DNA of 64,000 bases from Macrostomum lignano (lineage: Eukaryota), in the NCBI GenBank assembly GCA_002269645.1, contig NIVC01000778.1, positions 372,001 to 436,000 of the forward strand. The letters are read 5' to 3'. Shown one piece after another: positions 12,495 through 39,800 of the stretch. The notes below the pieces were generated by a model that saw only the letters and a list, made by a program, of their open reading frames with translations, made no database searches and was not told the DNA's origin. A program made the position numbers and the translations under genes. Each line of letters begins with the position of its first letter. Within the stretch, counting starts at the first letter, position 1.

Positions 12495-12792
12495 CATACA
12501 TGCGCAACAGTCGGCCGAGTCGGCCGATCCGGCCGACTGATTTGGCAGCCAACCAAGGAAGTCGCAAAAAATGCCCACCCAAAAAATACCCACGCAGTAG
12601 TACTAAGCAGCTGACGAGGCATTTTTGCCTGATAAGACAGTCATAGTTACTCCCGCCGTTTACCCAAAGTTGCGTTAATTTTGCTTTAGGGTTTTTTTAC
12701 ATGTAAGTCGCATTTTTGGCCAAAAACTACGTCGCATTTTTGTTAAAACTAAGTCGCACGGCCGACCGAATTTTGGACGTTGCGCATGTATG
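12495..12792. mobile_element. hAT-type MITE, 298 bp
   Basis: Perfect 14-bp TIR catacatgcgcaac / gttgcgcatgtatg; exact 8-bp TSD atctagcg (12487-12494 and 12793-12800). Confidence 0.9.
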
Positions 12793-12996
12793 ATCTAGCG
12801 GCCGGTTTTCGCTTCCTTAAAGCGTTAGAAACTATCTATAAGTCATTGGCAGGAGCAGTCAAATAGCTACTCATTATATGCAGTCATGTAAATATAATAG
12901 TAATGTTAGTGTTATCTATATCCAATATTAGCATCGGGTGGAACAATTTCTTGCTAAATGCTCGTGCATGCACGTTGTTGTGCAGAACCTTCTCCG

Positions 12997-27181
<14,185 letters not shown>

Positions 27182-27959
27182 GACGAGCTGTTGGGTCCGA
27201 CTGACTGCCGCCAATGCGCTGGACTGACTCAATTAAATGCTCGGCTGCAACCGGGGCTGTTGATGAAGCAGCTGGGTGGGAGTGAGTTATCAGTTTGAGT
27301 AGCGCATACTATATAATATTCCCCCATTGTCTCTTGGGGATTTGGGAGAGTGGGGTAAGAGGCACCAGGTGAGCGAGGTAACACATGCGAAGCTACACCC
27401 AGCTCCCAGTTCCCTTCTCTCAAAAACACGCCGGGCTCCTAGAGGCTCTCCAGACACAACTGTTGGTGCCCCGCTGCAGCCGGCCCTGCCTCCCTTCCAC
27501 TCTGCCCCTGGCCGCGTCAACATTTCAGCAGCTTCCCTCCTCACTCTGCAACGCTTTACAATAACGACAGCGATAATGACTTTAGCGAAGGTTTCTACCG
27601 GGCTAGCTGTGGTTGGAGAGGCATTGGGGAGTCATAAGGGGTGGGGTAAGAGAAAGTGAAGCTTTTAAAAGATTGGGACCAGAAATACGGTCGCAAAATT
27701 CTCAGCACAGCACCCAAAAAATATAACATTTTCTGCAGGTGCGACTGACGTTTTTAGCAAACAGTTTTTTTCCGCGAAATTATTTCTTTGCTTTGGGCCG
27801 CTGCAGCATGAACTGATTAATTCTTGTGCGTTACATTTTTTTCTGGCGCTGCATTGAAAACTAGGGGCAATCAATTATCAAGGTAGGGAGGCCTCCCTCA
27901 GCCGGTAACATTTTTGAGGGGGGATCCAAGTAGGAGAGCAGTCAAACAGCTCCCATGGC

Positions 27960-29700
27960 GCTCAAATCTGCCACTCCCACCCTTCAAATCTGCCACTCCC
28001 ATCAATCAAATCTGCCACTCCCACCCTTCAAATCTGCCACTCCCATCCTTCAAATCTGCCACTCCCATCCTTCAAATCTGCCACTCCCACCCTTCAAATC
28101 TGCCACTCCCATCAATCAAATCTGCCACTCCCACCCTTCAAATCTGCCACTCCCCATCCTTCTAATCTGTCTCTCCTATCAATCAAATCTGCCACTCCCA
28201 TCAATCAAATCTGCCACTCCCATCAATCAAATCTGCCACTCCCATCAATCAAATCTGCCACTCCCATCAATCAAATCTGCCACTTCCATCAATCAAATCT
28301 GCCACTCCCATCAATCAAATCTGCCACTCCCATCCTTCAAATCTGCCACTCCCCATCCTTCTAATCTGTCTCTCCTATCAATCAAATCTGCCACTCCCAT
28401 CAATCAAATCTGCCACTTCCATCAATCAAATCTGCCACTCCCATCAATCAAATCTGCCACTTCCATCAATCAAATCTGCCACTCCCACCCTTCAAATCTG
28501 CCACTCCCATCCTTCAAATCTGCCACTCCCCATCCTTCTAATCTGTCTCTCCTATCAATCAAATCTGCCACTCCCATCAATCAAATCTGCCACTCCCATC
28601 AATCAAATCTGCCACTCCCATCAATCAAATCTGCCACTCCCATCAATCAAATCTGCCACTTCCATCAATCAAATCTGCCACTCCCATCAATCAAATCTGC
28701 CACTCCCATCCTTCAAATCTGCCACTCCCCATCCTTCTAATCTGTCTCTCCTATCAATCAAATCTGCCACTCCCATCAATCAAATCTGCCACTTCCATCA
28801 ATCAAATCTGCCACTCCCATCAATCAAATCTGCCACTTCCATCAATCAAATCTGCCACTCCCACCCTTCAAATCTGCCACTCCCATCCTTCAAATCTGCC
28901 ACTTCCCATCCTTCTAATCTGTCTCTCCTATCAATCAAATCTGCCACTTCCATCAATCAAATCTGCCACTCCCATCCTTCTAATCTGTCTCTCCTATCAA
29001 TCAAATCTGCCACTTCCATCAATCAAATCTGCCACTTCCATCAATCAAATCTGCCACTCCCATCCTTCAAATCTGCCACTCCCCATCCTTCTAATCTGTC
29101 TCTCCTATCAATCAAATCTGCCACTCCCATCAATCAAATCTGCCACTCCCATCAATCAAATCTGCCACTCCCATCAATCAAATCTGCCACTTCCATCAAT
29201 CAAATCTGCCACTCCCATCAATCAAATCTGCCACTCCCATCCTTCAAATCTGCCACTCCCATCCTTCTAATCTGTCTCTCCTATCAATCAAATCTGCCAC
29301 TCCCATCAATCAAATCTGCCACTCCCATAAATCAAATCTGCCACTCCCATCCTTCTAATCTGTCTCTCCTATCAATCAAATCTGCCACTTCCATCAATCA
29401 AATCTGCCACTTCCATCAATCAAATCTGCCACTCCCATCCTTCAAATCTGCCACTCCCATCAATCAAATCTGCCACTCCCATCCTTCAAATCTGCCACTC
29501 CCCATCCTTCTAATCTGTCACTTCTATTAATCAAATCTGCCACTCCCCATCCTTCTAATCTGTCTCTCCTATCCCTCAAATCTGCCACTCCCACCCCTCA
29601 AATCTGCCACTTCTATCAATCAAATCTGCCACTCCCATCCTTCAAATCTGTCTCTCCTATCAATAAAATCTGCCACTCCCATCCCTCAAATCTGCCTTTC
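27960..29700. repeat. 22-bp minisatellite (tcaatcaaatctgccactccca) with variant units
   Basis: About 1.7 kb of tandem units upstream of the sif ATG. Confidence 0.95.
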
Positions 29701-30299
29701 CCCCGAGCGTATTCTTAAAAATCAACTTCTCTTACCGAATCGCGCTTCAAGCAGCCAAGGGTTTTGTTTGCGTTATCTTTAGCTAGCAGCAAACTCTGCA
29801 ACACTGCACAGCATCAATCTATTGCTTGTTGCTGTCTGTCATTCCAGTCTTTCCAAGCAGATCGATTTTTAATGAGCTGCAGCCACAGAGATGCGCGGGA
29901 GTTTTGACAACACTGAATGCGGATGCTTAAAGAGAGGGGAGTACGTGTTGCAGAGTTGGCTGGCGCTAAAAGTCCGCAGCTCATGAGTTCCTGTCAAAAC
30001 TCACGACATGCATTGACAGGAAGTTTTCATGCGGAATGCAGCGACCACTTGTGCGCGCTGACTGTCTGTCCAATGTGCAGCGAGGGAGCCCAGAGCCTGT
30101 GCATAGCTTTCCCCATGCCCTGGCAACCAATCCTGACTGACCTCATCATGCTGTCATTAAAATGCTAGGGCTGAGTACCTGCATTTTATAGACAGTGGAT
30201 TAGATGTTGTTCTGTAACTTTTTAACATTGCGCCATTCAATTTTGTTCACACCGTTTTCTGCCTTACTACGAGCTACATTTAAACATCGAATGTGTTAA

Positions 30300-30780
30300 C
30301 GGGTCCTTTCTGAGGTGTTACAGAGGTCCATTCTGAGGACTGGCTGAGGTGTTAAGGAGGTCCTTTCTCAGGACTGGCTGAGGTGTTACAGAGGTCCTTT
30401 CTCAGGACTGGCTGAGGTGTTAAGGAGGTCCTTTCTCAGGACTGGCTGAGGTGCTAGAGGTCCTTTCTCAGGACTGGCTGAGGTGCTAGAGGTCCTTTCT
30501 CAGGACTGGCTGAGGTGCTAGAGGTCCTTTCTCAGGACTGGCTGAGGTGTTACAGAGGTCCTTTCTCAGGACTGGCTGAGGTGTTACAGAGGTCCTTTCT
30601 CAGGACTGGCTGAGGTGTTACAGAGGTCCTTTCTCAGGACTGGCTGAGGTGTTACAGAGGTCCTTTCTCAGGACTGGCTGAGGTGTTACAGAGGTCCTTT
30701 CTCAGGACTGGCTGAGGTGTTAGAGGTCCTTTCTCAGGACTGGCTGAGGTGTTAAGGAGGTCCATTCTGAGGACTGGAGG
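30300..30780. repeat. 32-34-bp minisatellite (gaggtcctttctcaggactggctgaggtgttaca)
   Basis: About 14 tandem units. Confidence 0.93.
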
Positions 30781-31348
30781 ATGTCAAAGCAAGAGCTTAA
30801 TTGTCTGGATCAAAGATAGAAGGAATAAGACAGTTATATAGCTAATTGAGAAGACTGAGAAGAGCCACGCAGATTTGATACACCTCTCCTTATGAGCTCG
30901 CGAAAAGCATAGCTATTAATTATTATTGAATCGCTAAGCTTGCAAAGCGAAAGAGAATAAGGGATCGAGCTCAAGGAAAAATTAAATATACCTCAGCCAG
31001 TAACTATCTACACACTTAACGATCAGGTGATTAAGCCCATCTTAGTCTCACCCAAGGATATATTTTGCCATGTTGATCTTGCAGGACAATGTACCCAACC
31101 ATAATAATACTCAACCCAGACGACAGACGGTGCAAGGGAAGAGAGATTGGCTGCGTCAACAGCAGGGGATATTGAACTGTGATCAGCTGTAGACAAACTA
31201 CAGATCCCATTTCTGGGGCAGAGCAGAAAGGGTCGGCTGAGACGAAGCAGATTAGCAAGATTATAAAGAATGCCCTGAGTTCAAGTGCAGGATTGCAGAG
31301 GGGACGGTTTGAGCTTAACTTGGCCAGATATTGGACCGACTAACCGGA

Positions 31349-31420
31349 GCGAGTGTGGTGTAACGGTTAGCATGGATGCCTTCCAAGCATTCGACCCGGG
31401 TTCGACTCCCGGCACTCGCA
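31349..31420 (+). tRNA. tRNA-Gly (anticodon TCC)
   Basis: Full cloverleaf: acceptor gcgagtg/cactcgc, anticodon arm gatgc-cTTCCaa-gcatt, T arm ccggg-ttcgact-cccgg, discriminator A; oligo-T Pol III terminator at 31426-31430. Confidence 0.95.
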
Positions 31421-32339
31421 ACCAATTTTTACTGAAAATTTAATTCTCCAACATATTACTACGCTACGCTTGAACTACTGTTAGTAGTGCAACTTACTAA
31501 ATTTTGATATTTAATAAAGAACAGAGATTGCAAGTGATAATTCTTCAATTTGTCTTCAATTTCAAAACAAAAATAATAATTGAATTTTTTTAAATATAAT
31601 CTCGGAAATTAGCATCTGAAAGTAGTATATATAGTCTAGTTTATTTCAAAATTTCACCATCACTGATAACAAAAGGTAAAGGAAAATAATCTTGAATCAG
31701 TCCGAACACAAATAATAGACAAACAACAAAGAGAATAATATAATTTTGCAAATATAAATATAAAAAAATTTGAGAGAGAACAAGGAACAGTAAGTAGTAT
31801 ACACACATTGGACAGTAGTATCGAATACCCTATTATAGTATCGAATGAAGAAATGCCAATGATAAGAATATAATATAATATAGTATAATGTAACAATTTG
31901 CCTAAGAATAGAATCTGTGATGATTGACAGGTGAACAAATCGCCAAAAATGAGACTTCTGATATTCTGAGCACTATATCGATCATTTAGCTCTTCCGTGA
32001 AATGGAAGGAAAAAATTAACGATTACTTGATAAATAGAAACTCCTGTAAATGCTATATGAATTAATAATATTGATAGAAATACTAACGAGTGGAACAAAC
32101 AATGCGGAGTAACGCTGACAATTTTTATGTAAATTATAATTGCACCGATAATTAACATAATTTTTATATTTAATGACAACCGTTTATCAGTCCTGTGGGA
32201 AATACCGCAGAGTACTATAATTAACTCAGTGCCAAGCCAGACCACACAAAACAGTAATTATAAAGCTATCTTGTAGAGATCAATTGTGGAGTCAACAGTC
32301 TTAGCACTGGTTCATTGCTAATTAAGACTGAGGGGAGGA

Positions 32340-33780
32340 TGGGGACTGGGGGGGCAGAGACGGCAAGGCTGGGGACTGAGGGGGGGGCAGAGACGGCAAG
32401 GCTGGGGACTGAGGGGGGCAGAGACGGCAAGGCTGGGGACTGAGGGGGGCAGAGACGGCAAGGCTGGGGACTGAGGGGGGGCAGAGACGGCAAGGCTGGG
32501 GACTGAGGGGGGGCAGAGACGGCAAGGCTGGGGACTGAGGGGGGCAGAGACGGCAAGGCTGGGGACTGAGGGGGGGGCAGAGACGGCAAGGCTGGGGACT
32601 GAGGGGGGGGCAGAGACGGCAAGGCTGGGGACTGAGGGGGGCAGAGACAGCAAGGCTGGGGACTGAGGGGGGGCAGAGACGGCAAGGCTGGGGACTAGGG
32701 GGGCAGGGACGGCAAGGCTGGGGACTGAGGGGGGGCAGAGACGGCAAGGCTGGGGACTAAGGGGGGGCAGAGACGGCAAGGCTGGGGACTGAGGGGGGCA
32801 GAGACGGCAAGGCTGGGGACTGAGGGGGGGGGCAGAGACGGCAAGGCTGGGGACTGAGGGGGGGGGGGCAGAGACGGCAAGGCTGGGGACTGAGGGGGGG
32901 AGACGGCAAGGCTGGGGACTGAGGGGGGCAGAGACGGCAAGGCTGGGGACTGAGGGGGGGCAGAGACGGCAAGGCTGGGGACTGAGGGGGGCAGAGACGG
33001 CAAGGCTGGGGACTAAGGGGGGGGCAGAGACGGCAAGGCTGGGGACTGAGGGGGGGCAGAGACGGCAAGGCTGGGGACTGAGGGGGGCAGAGACGGCAAG
33101 GCTGGGGACTGAGGGGGGCAGAGACGGCAAGGCTGGGGACTGAGGGGGGCAGAGACGGCAAGGCTGGGGACTAAGGGGGGGCAGAGACGGCAAGGCTGGG
33201 GACTAAGGGGGGGGCAGAGACGGCAAGGCTGGGGACTGAGGGGGGCAGAGACGGCAAGGCTGGGGACTGAGGGGGGCAGAGACGGCAAGGCTGGGGACTG
33301 AGGGGGGCAGAGACGGCAAGGCTGGGGACTGAGGGGGGCAGAGACGGCAAGGCTGGGGACTAAGGGGGGCAGAGACGGCAAGGCTGGGGACTAAGGGGGG
33401 GGCAGAGACGGCAAGGCTGGGGACTAAGGGGGGGCAGAGACGGCAAGGCTGGGGACTAAGGGGGGGCAGAGACGGCAAGGCTGGGGACTGAGGGGGGCAG
33501 AGACGGCAAGGCTGGGGACTAAGGGCGCAGAGACAGCAAGGCTGGGGACTGAGGGGGGCAGAGACGGCAAGGCTGGGGACTGAGGGGGCAGGGACGGCAA
33601 GGCTGGGGACTGAGGGGGGGGGCAGAGACGGCAAGGCTGGGGACTAAGGGGGGGGGCAGAGACGGCAAGGCTGGGGACTAAGGGCGCAGAGACGGCAAGG
33701 CTGGGGACTGAGGGGGGCAGAGACGGCAAGGCTGGGGACTGAGGGGGGCAGGGACGGCAAGGCTGGGGACTGAGGGGTCA
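32340..33780. repeat. G-rich ~31-34-bp minisatellite (G5-9 cagagacggcaaggctggggactga) just 3' of the GPR155 stop
   Basis: About 45 units with variable G runs. Confidence 0.95.
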
Positions 33781-33820
33781 GGGACAACACAGTATACACA
33801 GTAGCAAACCGTCCATGATT

Positions 33821-36800
33821 TCAGTGCAGATGGTCGGTCTCGGCGTTCACCAAATCCTCGATGTCGCGGGCGTCTCTTGAACTCAGCGACACACATCGGC
33901 CGCATCGTCGATTGACGGCGTCGCCAGCGGTGGCGGCGGCGGCGGCCTCCGGGCAGGCGGCGGCGGCGGCATTCTCGGTCTCCTCGGAGAAGACGTAGCG
34001 ATAGTCGGGCGAGTCGCGGAAATGATAGGCCTGCTGCTCGTGGCGCAGCACCCTGGCCAGCAACAGCCGCTCGCCGTAGGCAACGGCGTCGATGCGGTCC
34101 TGGCAGAGGCCGACTGACATCAGCCAGTCCACCAGAGCCTTGCCGCTGAACTCGCCTGCCTGGTGGTTGGCGCCGAACTTGCCGACGCTCAATCGGCTGC
34201 AGGAAAGCATTTGAGAATTGCTGTTGCTAACCGTATCCAAGGTAAACCTTGCTTATAGAGCTTGCAGTGGTTGCTCACAAAATGATTAATATTTATATTC
34301 GTATCCAGGGTAAACCCTGCCGTTGCTATGGTGCTAACTTTGTTGTTAAGTCACTAATCTATAGTAACATTCATCCGTATCCACGGTAAATACTACCGTT
34401 GCTATGGCGCTGGCTTGGTTGCTAACAAAATCAGCAACCGTATCCAAGGTAACAAAACACGTTGCTAAGACGCTAATAATAATAGCCTCTTCTAATAGGC
34501 AGATGTGTAACCGACAGCTCAGCCGCAGCTATTGCGCAGCGCATCTGAAGCCTGCGTACGGCTGTTCAGTCCAAGGACTGGGGGGGGGGGGAGGGTCGCC
34601 ACACACCCTCAGTTACCCCAGCTAATGCTGGCACCCATTTTACAGCTGGGTGAACTGAAGCAATGTAGAGTTAAGTGTCTTGCCCAAGGACACAGATTGT
34701 TCCAGTGGGATCGGGAATCGAACCCCCGACCTATCAGTCGCGAGTCCGACGCTCCAACCACAAGGCTGCAACCCGCTAAATTTAGTTTCCTTATTTATAT
34801 GAATAATAAAGAGAAGCCGTCCAAAGCAACTCACCGCCTGGAGAAGCGCATGGAGTGCAGACAGTGGTCCATATGATGCATGAGGAAGTTATCCCTAGTG
34901 CTGATAACGTGCTGATCCAGATGCGACTCAGGCGGCAGGTGAATTCGATCCTCATTGAACATCAGCATGCGCAGCCTGTTATTCATGTATAAAATTGGCA
35001 GCGGTTAACCAGCAATTCGGTCAGTTATAAAAAAGTCTGGGCCAGAACTCCTTACCGTCTGCACAGCCGGTCAATCCTGCGCGTTAGCAAGGGCAGCACG
35101 GTGTAGTCCCAGCCGAGCAGGCCCAGTATGAACACGCCCTGGCCGTAGTTGAACACCGAATCGAGGAATTCCAATTCAATATAGACGCCGCTGACCTCCT
35201 CGTTGACTATGCGCCAGATGAGCAGGAACAGGCCGATGAGCATGCTCAGGGTGAACAGCAGCAGCATCAGCTGGTACCTGGCGAGGGGGGGGGCACTGAC
35301 ATTAGCACACATTCTAAACATGAGAATTGTAAAACACCCACTAGAATTGTAAACACGCCCACTAGAATTGTAAACACACCCACTAGAATTGTAAACACAC
35401 CCACTTGAATTGTAAACACACCCACTAGAATTGTAAACACACCCACTAGAATTGTAAAACACACCCACTCGAATTTTAAACACACCCACTAGATATGTAA
35501 ACACACCCACTCGAATTGTAAACACACCTACTAGAATTTTAAACACACCCACTAGAATTGTAAACACACCCACTAGAATTGTAAACACACCCACTAGAAT
35601 TGTAAACACACCCACTAGAATTGTAAACACACCCACTAGAATTGTAAACACACCCACTAGAATTGTAAACACACCCACTAGAATCGTAAACACACCCACT
35701 AGAATCGTAAACACACCCACTAGAATTGTAAACACACCCACTAGAATTGTAAACACACCCACTAGAATTGTAAACACACCCACTAGAATTGTAAACACAC
35801 CCACTAGAATTGTAAACACACCCACTAGAATCGTAAACACACCCACTAGAATCGTAAACACACCCACTAGAATTGTAAACACACCCACTAGAATTGTAAA
35901 CACACCCACTAGAATCGTAAACACACCCACTAGAATCGTAAACACACCAACAAAATTATTAACAAACTTTAATTTATTCTAATCTAAACACCTAAAAATC
36001 CATAAATTCTAAACCCCAGCACTAGCATAGACATAAAAGGACCATTTTGCCAGATAGCAACAATCACCTAGCCGTCAGGAATTCCTCATCTGGCGTCACA
36101 ATCTCCTCCCGACGCAGTCGAGGACTTCGATGCCGATAATTCAATAGCTGTCTGGTACACCTGGCTCGCTCTTCGATCGATTGGCAGCCAACTGATTGGG
36201 AGCACATACGGCGGGACACATAGGCCGCATGCTGCTGCTGCAGGTGCCGCTCCATCGGGCCCGACTCGCCATTCTCCTATGATATTCAGCAGCGGTGCGC
36301 ACATTTTCTTTTTATTTAAAGTAAAAAATGAATGCTATCTTACTATCAGTAGTCAGGCTCTAATGTTAGATAAATTCCGACTTCTATTAACAGCACAACA
36401 ATGCGCGAGGCGTTTGAAGTTTTGTTGCAAACACAAATTTGGGTGAGCAGTAGTAAGTAGCGCATTTTTTAGCCGGCATTGTTATGCAAAGTGACGCTAA
36501 CTGTTTCAGATCACGATAAGCATTAAGATTAAACATCAAACTATTTTATTACACAGATACATGTCGATTTTATAATACAAACCAAAGGAATTTCTATTTA
36601 TAGAAGCCATCAAGAGTTTCTTTTCCTATTTAAATCCCTACCTTATTTGAGTTATTCCAAACCAAATATATAAAGCACTTGGTTTGTCACTAGTTCTATT
36701 GCTAATACTGTTATCCAATGTGCTTATATATATGCATAAAAAACTAATATTGTATTAGTATGTAAGTACTACACGTACTTTTATAAGCCACACACACACA

Positions 36801-39800
36801 CACATAAAAAGACAACATGTGTTAAATTTTGTGTCGAAAATATAAATAAGCTTTGCATGCAAGGTAGTACTGTTGCCCAGTGGTATAGCGAGGTGCTCTG
36901 ATGCGCCAGCGGCCCAGGCTCGATTCCAAGTGCAGTCACATTAATTTGGGGCTAAATTGGAATCTCGGCTTGGCTCTGCTCGTGCAATTAACGGCCTTGA
37001 GAGCCAACCTTCAAGGCACAGTGAAGTTTACATGCCTAACGATAAATAAAGTTAGGGCCGCTGTACACTCCTGTGTGAGTGTGTGCCTGTGCGTATGACT
37101 GCGTACGTATCCGCGCGCTTGTGTGCCTGCTCAGGGGAGTCGGCGGAATGGACAGCAATGCCTCTCGCCGGTTGAGTGACAATGTCGCTTAAAGTGCGCC
37201 TGGTTTTCTGCCCATTTTCCAGGTGTTCAGGCATGTAGCATAGCCTTGAAATCAGGCTGATTGTACCGAATGGGAGTCAATTAAAACACTCTTTATACCG
37301 TAACAGTGCACACAATTAGCAATAAACTCGTGCAAACCATAAAAAAGCAAAACAAAACAGCTACAAAAAATGAAAACACAAACCAACACAATAACCAACC
37401 ATCAACTTATTAATCTAATCTATCATTAATAGATTCATATACAGGTGTATATAAATTACCGAATATTCGTCCGAATCGATGGCCGCATCGGGTGCGTCTG
37501 AGAACTTGATTATTTGATTAAAAAAAAATAAATCGGAATGAGGCAAATAAATATAGAGATCTTATATTGTAAAAATATCTGGATATGTATTTTTCTTTCT
37601 TTTTTCCTTTCTTACTCTCTTTGCCAATGACCCAGGGTTCGATTCCTGATGCAGTGTGTGAGTTGATGAGAGTCAGGGCCGTTGTACACCCTGATGTTTG
37701 CTCAGGGGTCGGCGGACTGGACATGACTGCTTACCTTCTAGCTGGCTGTGGGGCATAAACAAACCCCCAAAACTCGGCCATAAACCAACTCCAAGACAAG
37801 ACTCGGACATAAACTAACCCCAAAACTCGGCCATAAACCAACTCCAAGACAAGACTCGGACATAAACTAACTCCAAGACTCGGCCATAAACCAACTCCAA
37901 GACAAGATTCGGACATAAACTAACCCGAGACTCGGCCATAAACCAACTCCAAGACAAGACTCGGACATAAACTAACCCGAGACTCGGCCATAAACCAACT
38001 CCAAGACAAGACTCGGACATAAACAACCCGAGACTCGGCCATAAACCAACTCCAAGACAAGACTCGGACATAAACTAACCCGAGACTCGGCCATAAACCA
38101 ACTCCAAGACAAGATTCGGACATAAACTAACCCGAGACTCGGCCATAAACCAACTCCAAGACAAGATTCGGACATAAACTAACCCGAGACTCGGCCATAA
38201 ACCAACTCTAAGACAAGACTCGGGCATAAACTAACCCGAGACTCGGCCATAAACCAACACAAGACCCTTGCTGCAGATCGACTTTTGCATTGAGTTTCGG
38301 CAGCGCCCAGAGCCCCTACCTTACCCTGCAAAACTAACATGATGCCTGCCTTCGGGCTGATTATATATGCGTACTAACCTTTGCCGATGGTGCTTAACCT
38401 AATCTCAATTTTCAAGCCAATGCACAAGCCCCGTACCAAAACTAAAAGTATTGACGCCCGTTAGTGTTGCCAGGCCAGACACTAAACCCAGAGCTGCATT
38501 GAGCATACAGGGCAAAGAGAACATCACCAAGCCTCTCTGCCTACCTGCACAGAGAATTCCGGCGATCCGATGCCGCTAGCCTCGCCGGCGTAGGAATCGT
38601 CGCCAAATGAGTTATCAGTTGACGCTGCCGGCAAACCGTCGGCCTCTTCGTCGGAGGCTGGCAGGCTCTCGTAGCCAGGTCTTGGCTGGTAGCTCAGCCG
38701 GTGGTGCAGCACGAGGGAGGCCACGGTGCAGACTAGGCAGGGCACCAGCACGGCTGTTGTGAATATGTACTGTGTGGGTGCGGGTGGAGGGAGCGAATGA
38801 CTATAATGCTAGAGGTAAGTAAGGGCCAGAATGAGATAACGAGCGTAGATATGGGTGGAAAAGAGAGGGAGAGGAAAGAAAGGTGTAGAGGGGAGGGAGA
38901 GGAGGGAAAGGGGTAGAGGGGAGGGAGAGGGGGAAATGTGTAGAGGGGAGGGAGAGGGGGAAAGGTGTAGAGGGGAGGGAGAGGGGGAAAGGGGTAGAGG
39001 GGAGGGAGAGGAGGGAAAGGGGTAGAGGGGAGGGAGAGGAGGGAAAGGGGTAGAGGGGAGGGAGAGGAGGGAAAGGGGTAGAGGGGAGGGAGAGGAGGGA
39101 AAGGGGTAGAGGGGATGGAGAGGAGGGAAAGGGGTAGAGGGGAGGGAGAGGAGGGAAAGGGGTAGAGAGGAGGGAGAGGAGGGAAAGGGGTAGAGGGGAG
39201 GGAGAGGAGGGAAAGGGTAGAGGGGAGGGAGAGGAGGGAAAGGGGTAGAGAGGAGGGAGAGGAGGGAAAGGGGTAGAGGGGAGGGAGAGGAGGGAAAGGT
39301 GTAGAGGGGAGGGAGAGGAGGGAAAGGGGTAGAGGGGAGGGAGAGGAGGGAAAGGGGTAGAGGGGAGGGAGAGGAGGGAAAGGTGTAGAGGGGAGGGAGA
39401 GGAGGGAAAGGGGTAGAGGGGAGGGAGAGGAGGGAAAGGTGTAGAGGGGAGGGAGAGGAGAGAAAGGGGCAGAGAGGAGGGAGAGAAGGGGGTAGAGGGG
39501 AGAGAAAGAGACAGAGGGACGTAAAGGTTGTAGAGGAAGGCAGAGAAAAAAGGGGTAGATGATTTGATAAAATAAAGGACAGAACATTAGAAGCTAAATA
39601 ACTGCATGATTAAGTACACATGATACCTGTCGCTTGCCGAACTGAAATGCAGGATCAACATCCTTAACGGGACCAGCATTGGTAGTGGAAATCAGCATGA
39701 TGCCCGCCAGAAATGTAGTCAGCCTTAAGATTGGGAACGGGGGGATTTGGATAATAATCTCCATAATTTACATGTAGCAACTGAATAATGTATTTAAACT

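Noticed and set aside
27914-33905. Pro/Ser-rich ORFs (SNLPLP, PQSPALPSL)
   Set aside because: Products of the 22-bp and G-rich minisatellites.
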